This document shows, one piece after another, positions 59,300-64,000 of a stretch of DNA of 64,000 nt. The DNA is from an uncultured virus (IMG/VR IMGVR_UViG_3300046718_001244) (lineage: Duplodnaviria; Heunggongvirae; Uroviricota; Caudoviricetes), in the IMG/VR virus record IMGVR_UViG_3300046718_001244, one strand, 5' to 3'. The notes below the pieces were generated by a model that saw only the letters and a list, made by a program, of their open reading frames with translations, was not told the DNA's origin and ran no database searches. How positions within the stretch are numbered: the stretch's first letter is position 1; each line of letters starts with the position of its first letter. Both the position numbers and the translations under genes were made by a program.

Positions 59300-59768
59300 G
59301 CGCAACAGCCTACCACGTGCTTGGCTTAGGCGAGGATGACCCTGCCCGAGGGACCCGAGAGCGACACGTGCGTGTGCGGAAGCACCCACTGGCACGCGAT
59401 GAAGGGGCCGAAGATCCTCTGGTGCCGACGATGCGGGTGCATCCGGGCCCTCTTCGAGGACAAGTGGAGCGTGCCGCTCGACCGGGTCGGCGACATTGCG
59501 CGATCCGTCTCGGTCCCCGACGAGGAGCCGACGAAGCCCGGGACGCCGAAGGCGAAGAGGGAACCCTAGCGATTGCTCTTCGGCTTGACGACAGCCGTGA
59601 GGGCGAGGCACCGGTTGCATCGCAAGTCCGTGGTCCCCGGCACCTCGTGGGACGCCTCGTGCTTGCAGTTCGCACGGAGCGCGTCGCACTCCTTGCACCT
59701 GCCATTGTGCCAGTCGCAGTGCCCATGCTGTACGGCGGGCTGCCCGCACGCGCAGACACGTCGCCCGC

Positions 59769-60176
59769 TCACGGGGCGCTCGCGTGCACACTCTGCCGCG
59801 CGTACCGCGCGCGGGTGAGGTGCGTCTGCGCCATCGACTGGCTCATCCCGAGGCGCTCGGCGATGAGCGCGAGCGTCAGCGCGTCCTTTTCGTAGAGACG
59901 CAGCACCTTGTCGCTCGTCTCGTTCGGGGGAGAGGGAGGGGACTTGCGCGCCGGCTTGGGCTTCACCTTGCGCGGCTTCTCGGGTGAGGGCAACGGGGAG
60001 AGAAGGCGCGCCCCCCGGAGCCCTCGCTCGATCGTCGCGCGACGCAAGATGAGCGTCACGCCGGTCCTCGCCGTCACCGCCTTGACGACCGGTCCCCGCA
60101 CCATCTGGATGCGGATCTCCATCCGGCCCCCGCCGCTCCGCACGATCGTCCACACCTGCCCTCGCTTCACCCTCAT
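59769..60176 (-). CDS. Protein with sigma70-region-4-like HTH
   Basis: VLRLYEKDALTLALIAERLGMSQSMAQTHLTRA. Confidence 0.65.
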   Translation of the reverse strand: MRVKRGQVWTIVRSGGGRMEIRIQMVRGPVVKAVTARTGVTLILRRATIERGLRGARLLSPLPSPEKPRKVKPKPARKSPPSPPNETSDKVLRLYEKDALTLALIAERLGMSQSMAQTHLTRARYARQSVHASAP

Positions 60177-60217
60177 GGCGCGTCCTCCGATTTCTTTGTC
60201 ACTACTACGATCTCTTA

Positions 60218-60247
60218 TTGACACTGTCAACATCCAGTGCGCATAGT
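60218..60247 (+). promoter_or_regulatory. Sigma70-type promoter with palindromic back-to-back -35 boxes
   Basis: TTGACA-C-TGTCAA; CATAGT 18 nt after the plus-strand -35. Confidence 0.65.
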
Positions 60248-60254
60248 GCGCCTG

Positions 60255-60470
60255 ATGACGGAGGCCAACGATTCGGGCGACACGGTTCCCATCACGGTGC
60301 GCGTTCCTCGCCACCTCGTCGACTGGCTCAAAGAGAAGCAGGCGGCGCACGCGAAGGATGGGCTTCGCGTGTCCTTGCCCACCTTGATCAACCAGAGCGT
60401 CGAGCGCGACAAGCGCGGCGATACCCACATGCGTCCTTCGGGACCGAAGAAAGCGAGACCCCACACGTGA
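60255..60470 (+). CDS. Ribbon-helix-helix DNA-binding protein
   Basis: VPITVRVPRHLVDWLKE...SLPTLINQSV. Confidence 0.65.
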   Translation: MTEANDSGDTVPITVRVPRHLVDWLKEKQAAHAKDGLRVSLPTLINQSVERDKRGDTHMRPSGPKKARPHT

Positions 60471-60841
60471 CCGACCACGAACGACCGAGCGCCTTCACCG
60501 ACAGCCCCGAGGACATGATGGCGAAGGCCAGGGTCCTCATCGACGGGGGGACACTACCTCCCGCGGCCGCGCTTCTTCTCTCGGACCTCGCGCGCGAGCT
60601 CGGGAAATCGCGCCAGAGCCACGCGAGCCGGATCTCGATGGCGACCGCGGCGTACGCGGAGCGCCAGTCGATGGAGACCGAACTCCGGAGTCTCCGCGAG
60701 GAGAACAAGGCCATGAAGAGCCACGCACTTCGCCTGGCGCTCTACGCGAACCGCATGACGAAGGCGACGGCGATTCTCGTCTTTTTCTATGTGCTGCTGC
60801 TCGCGGCGGCCCTCGTTCTTCGCCACCGGTGCGCAGGATGA
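60467..60841 (+). CDS. Coiled-coil protein with C-terminal TM
   Basis: ELRSLREENKAM; AILVFFYVLLLAAALVL. Confidence 0.55.
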   Translation: MTDHERPSAFTDSPEDMMAKARVLIDGGTLPPAAALLLSDLARELGKSRQSHASRISMATAAYAERQSMETELRSLREENKAMKSHALRLALYANRMTKATAILVFFYVLLLAAALVLRHRCAG

Positions 60842-61043
60842 GGACCGATCGCCCCTGCCTCGTGTGCGGTCTCGTGGAGCAACTCGCCCAAGGCGTGACG
60901 ACCGAGGTCGTCTTGGTCGCCGCGATCCTGCACGGCGTCGCCGCCGGCGCGATCCCCGGCGCTCGGCCGTCGCTCTGCCCCGAGCACGATCTCGTCCGCA
61001 CGATCCTCGCGCAGACGGTCCAGTCCTCGGAGACCCTCCGCGC

Positions 61044-62537
61044 ATGAACGCCTTCGAAGAGTACCTGAAAGGCAAGGGCTCGTTGACGCCAGAGGAACGG
61101 GAAGCGTCGCTCGTCGGCGCGGTCCGGATGCTCAAGGCCGAGAACGACAACCTCAAGACCCTCTTCGACGGCGCGAAGAAGCAGGTCCTGGCGCAAGGCG
61201 CCATCGTGGGGGTGCGGGACGGCGTGACTCTCCTCGCGACCGAGCAGGGCATCCTGAGCGTGCGGAGCCCTACGCACTTCATCAAGCCTCCGAGGGAAGG
61301 CGACATCGTCTGGGCGGTTCCCGACTCGGGACAGATCCTCTCGATCGAGACCCAGCCGCCGGCGGTGGGTCCCACCGTGAAGGTGGCGCGGATCGTCAGC
61401 CCCGGACTTCTCGCAATCCACGGGAGCGACATCGCCGACCGGCTCGTCTACTGCCGCGCTTCGCTCGCCTGCAAGCCGGGCGACGAGGTCGTCCTCGACG
61501 GAACGCGCACCGTCGTCGCCGTCAACCTGGGTCAAGAGCAGAGGGTGAGCGAGCTCGCCTTCACCGAGGAGACGGGGATCACCTGGGACGACATCGCGGG
61601 GATGGCGGAAGCGAAGCGGGCCCTCCGGGAAGCGATCGAGGGTCCCGTCTTGAACGCCGAGGTGTACCGGGAATTCGGGAAGGCCCCCTGCAAGGGGATC
61701 CTGCTCTACGGCGCCCCCGGGAATGGAAAGACCCTCTTCGCCAAGGCCATCGCGACGGCGATCGGAGAGAGGGGAGGCGGAAAGAAGTCCGGCTTCATCT
61801 ACGTGAAGGGCCCGGAAGTGCTGCAGGGGATCGTCGGCCAGAGCGAAGGGAAAGTCCGAAAGCTCTTCGAGGCCGCGAGGGATCACCACGAGGCGCATGG
61901 CTACCCGGCGGTCGTCTGCATCGACGAGGCCGACGCGATCCTCGGCAAGCGCACCGACTCGAAAATCTCGATGGAGAAGACCATCGTGCCGCAGTTCCTG
62001 GCGGAGATGGACGGGATCGATCCGTCGGGGGCTCTCGTCATCCTCCTCACCAACCGCCCCGACACCCTGGACCCCGCGGTGACGAGGGAGGGCAGGATCG
62101 ACCTCAAGATCGCGATCCCACGACCCGACAAGGACGACGCCGCGAAGATCGTCCAGTACCACCTCGCCAAGCGCTTGCTCGCGCCGGAGTCTGATCTGCT
62201 CACGCTCGCGAAGGGGGCGGCCGACGCGCTCTTTAGCCCTCGGCACATGATGTACATGGTCCGCATGCACCCGAACCGCGGCATGGACTCGCGGATCGGC
62301 TTGGACCGATTCGTGAGCGGGTCGATGTGCGCGGGGGTCGTCGACCGGGCGACGATCCGTGCCATCCGCCGGCACTTGGAGGGCGGAGCGCCGAAGGGCG
62401 TCACCGCCGAGGACCTCGAGGCGGCCGTGAAGGAGACGCCGGCGCAGATCAAGGGCCTCGCGCACGGCGAGGAGATTTCGGCGGTCGTCGGTGAATTCGG
62501 CGGCCCGAGCCACGTCAAAAGCGTGGACCCGATATGA
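61044..62537 (+). CDS. AAA+ ATPase, ARC/Mpa proteasomal ATPase-like
   Basis: N-terminal coiled coil and OB-like region; GILLYGAPGNGKT, CIDEAD, TIVPQFLAEMDG, NRPDTLDPAVTREGRIDLKI, SGSMCAGVVDRA. Confidence 0.85.
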   Translation: MNAFEEYLKGKGSLTPEEREASLVGAVRMLKAENDNLKTLFDGAKKQVLAQGAIVGVRDGVTLLATEQGILSVRSPTHFIKPPREGDIVWAVPDSGQILSIETQPPAVGPTVKVARIVSPGLLAIHGSDIADRLVYCRASLACKPGDEVVLDGTRTVVAVNLGQEQRVSELAFTEETGITWDDIAGMAEAKRALREAIEGPVLNAEVYREFGKAPCKGILLYGAPGNGKTLFAKAIATAIGERGGGKKSGFIYVKGPEVLQGIVGQSEGKVRKLFEAARDHHEAHGYPAVVCIDEADAILGKRTDSKISMEKTIVPQFLAEMDGIDPSGALVILLTNRPDTLDPAVTREGRIDLKIAIPRPDKDDAAKIVQYHLAKRLLAPESDLLTLAKGAADALFSPRHMMYMVRMHPNRGMDSRIGLDRFVSGSMCAGVVDRATIRAIRRHLEGGAPKGVTAEDLEAAVKETPAQIKGLAHGEEISAVVGEFGGPSHVKSVDPI

Positions 62538-62731
62538 AACTTCTCACCTGGACCCTCGTCTACCTGGCGGTCGCCGCTTTGACGCTCGGCATCGCATGGT
62601 CGATCCACGAGCGCCACGAGCGCACGAGCGAGGTCGCGGTGGCAGCCTGCGTGATGGGCCTCTTTTGGCCGTTCTCGATTGTGGTCATACTGGGCGTCAA
62701 GATCGGCAACAGGTTGCGGAGCAAGAAGTGA
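62534..62731 (+). CDS. Small two-TM protein
   Basis: Two hydrophobic segments, GLFWP. Confidence 0.6.
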   Translation: MKLLTWTLVYLAVAALTLGIAWSIHERHERTSEVAVAACVMGLFWPFSIVVILGVKIGNRLRSKK

Positions 62732-63570
62732 TGGCCGACGACTTCGGCGACCGGATGAAGGCCTACGAGCGGCGAGAAAGCCTCTCGCTCATGCCGCGCG
62801 TGCCCGCGATGGCGCGCCTCGACGGGAGAGCGTTTCATGCGTTCACGAAGCACTGCAAGCGGCCGTTCAGCCTCCTCTTGCACCGGATGATGGTGGCGGT
62901 GACGACGCACCTCGTCGTCCACTCGTGCGCCGACGTCGGCTACACGCAGAGTGACGAGATCACGCTCTGCTGGTTGGGCCAGCCTTTCTTCGACGGGCAC
63001 GTGCAGAAGATGGTCTCGTCGCTCGCGGCGATGGCGAGCGTGCACCTCCAGACCTTCGCGTGGGCGCCCGAGGGCGGACCCACGATGGGCGACGTCGTCT
63101 TGAAGCGCGAGACGGTCTCGGGCCTCGCGTGGAACAAATCACCCACCTTCGACTGCCGGGTGTGGTCGGTGCCGGATCGAGTCGAGGCCGCCAACGTCTT
63201 TCTCTGGCGCCAGATGGACGCGAGCCGGAACAGCGTCCAGATGGCCGCCAGGCACTACCTCGGCCACGCCGCGTGCGACAAGCTCAACGGCAAGGAGCTT
63301 CAAGAGGAACTGTACCGCGTCCACGGCATCAACTGGAGCGACTACGACCCGTGGTGCAAGCGGGGGACGTTCGTGAGGCATGGCAAGACCCTGCGAGCGT
63401 TCACGTCGGAGGAGATCGCGGCTCTTCCGGAGAGGCACCACGCGCGGAACGATCCCTCTCTCGTCGTCGAGCGGAGGGTCCTCGTCGAGGGCGACATCGA
63501 TCTCCGATCCTATGACGACCGGGTGACCGTCCTCTTCGAGGACGACCCCGCGAACCACGTGCGACGATGA
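62731..63570 (+). CDS. Thg1-like tRNA(His) guanylyltransferase / 3'-5' polymerase
   Basis: GDRMKAYE, RLDGRAFHAFT, YTQSDEI, FDCRV, WRQMDA.RNS. Confidence 0.92.
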   Translation: MADDFGDRMKAYERRESLSLMPRVPAMARLDGRAFHAFTKHCKRPFSLLLHRMMVAVTTHLVVHSCADVGYTQSDEITLCWLGQPFFDGHVQKMVSSLAAMASVHLQTFAWAPEGGPTMGDVVLKRETVSGLAWNKSPTFDCRVWSVPDRVEAANVFLWRQMDASRNSVQMAARHYLGHAACDKLNGKELQEELYRVHGINWSDYDPWCKRGTFVRHGKTLRAFTSEEIAALPERHHARNDPSLVVERRVLVEGDIDLRSYDDRVTVLFEDDPANHVRR

Positions 63571-64000
63571 GCGGCAAAACTTCCATCGAATGGACGCGCT
63601 CCGAGGACGGCACCGCCGGGTACACTTGGAACCCCGTTCGTGGATGCCGCGAGGTCTCTCCTGGGTGCGACCACTGCTACGCCCGCACCTTCGCCGAGCG
63701 GTGGCGAGGAGTGCCCGGTCACCCCTACGAGGCGGGCTTCGATCCCCGGTTCGTTCCAGGGCACCTGACCGATCCCCTGCGGTGGAGAACTCCGCGCACG
63801 GTCTTCGTCAACTCGATGAGCGACCTCTTTCAGGGTGCGTTCTCCGACGAGCAGATCGCAGCGGTCTTCGGCGTCATGGGCGCCTGCCCGCGGCACATCT
63901 TTCAGGTGCTCACCAAGCGCGAACTGCGCCTTGGCAAGTGGCACGCGCACGCGCTGACGGCCATCGGCCCTTCGGGTCGCCCGCTCGGGCCTGCCGGTTG
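63567..64000 (+). CDS. DUF5131 (phage gp37/gp68) protein, partial
   Basis: My translation: TSIEWT...TWNPVRGC.EVSPGCDHCYA...VFVNSMSDLF...HIFQVLTKR. Confidence 0.9.
   Translation, partial: MSGKTSIEWTRSEDGTAGYTWNPVRGCREVSPGCDHCYARTFAERWRGVPGHPYEAGFDPRFVPGHLTDPLRWRTPRTVFVNSMSDLFQGAFSDEQIAAVFGVMGACPRHIFQVLTKRELRLGKWHAHALTAIGPSGRPLGPAG

Larger units (their letters stand above)
1..64000. mobile_element. Virus or plasmid-prophage genome segment, probably a tailless membrane-containing virus
   Basis: Continuous short ORFs with ATGA/GTGA/TGATG overlaps; phage-type genes (Ocr-like, DUF5131, DUF2786, cell-wall hydrolases, holin-like, MTase, Thg1); no rRNA/tRNA or host metabolic operons seen. Confidence 0.9.

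Noticed and set aside
61044..62537. AAA ATPase as the genome packaging motor
   Set aside because: Classic AAA clade motifs, not FtsK/HerA/A32 or terminase; lies outside the structural operon
1..64000. tRNA or rRNA genes (expected given Thg1)
   Set aside because: No cloverleaf recognised by eye; tRNAscan-SE would be needed to exclude them

Overview
High-GC (roughly 70% by eye), densely packed, gene-overlapped DNA that reads as part of a >64 kb bacterial virus or plasmid-prophage genome. I see no host housekeeping operons and both ends cut through genes. Myxobacterial-style cues (stand-alone Fis-type HTH, Asp-Ala-Gly-rich lipoproteins, KGG protein) suggest a Myxococcota/Polyangiales-like host (inference). 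Layout: 1-7.7 kb accessory and replication-associated genes; 8.3-14 kb membrane proteins and lysis genes; 14-28.5 kb leftward early-type genes (Ocr-like, DnaN clamp, DUF2786); 28.7-38.5 kb resolvase, atypical cytosine methyltransferase, GroES; 38.7-59.3 kb a leftward virion-like module; 59.8-64 kb ARC-like AAA ATPase, Thg1, DUF5131. The virion-like module has no recognisable terminase, portal, HK97 capsid or tape measure. It has two beta-rich jelly-roll-like capsid candidates, a membrane-anchored histone-like protein, many membrane proteins, spikes and a transglutaminase-fold cysteine protease, which points to an unusually large tailless, internal-membrane virus. Standout signals: a recurrent G-[LVIT]-G linker motif (candidate maturation site), a covarying CGAAT-loop hairpin before five early genes, and TAnnnT leaderless starts on about a dozen mostly structural/lysis genes. 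All family calls come from motif recognition by eye, not database searches.
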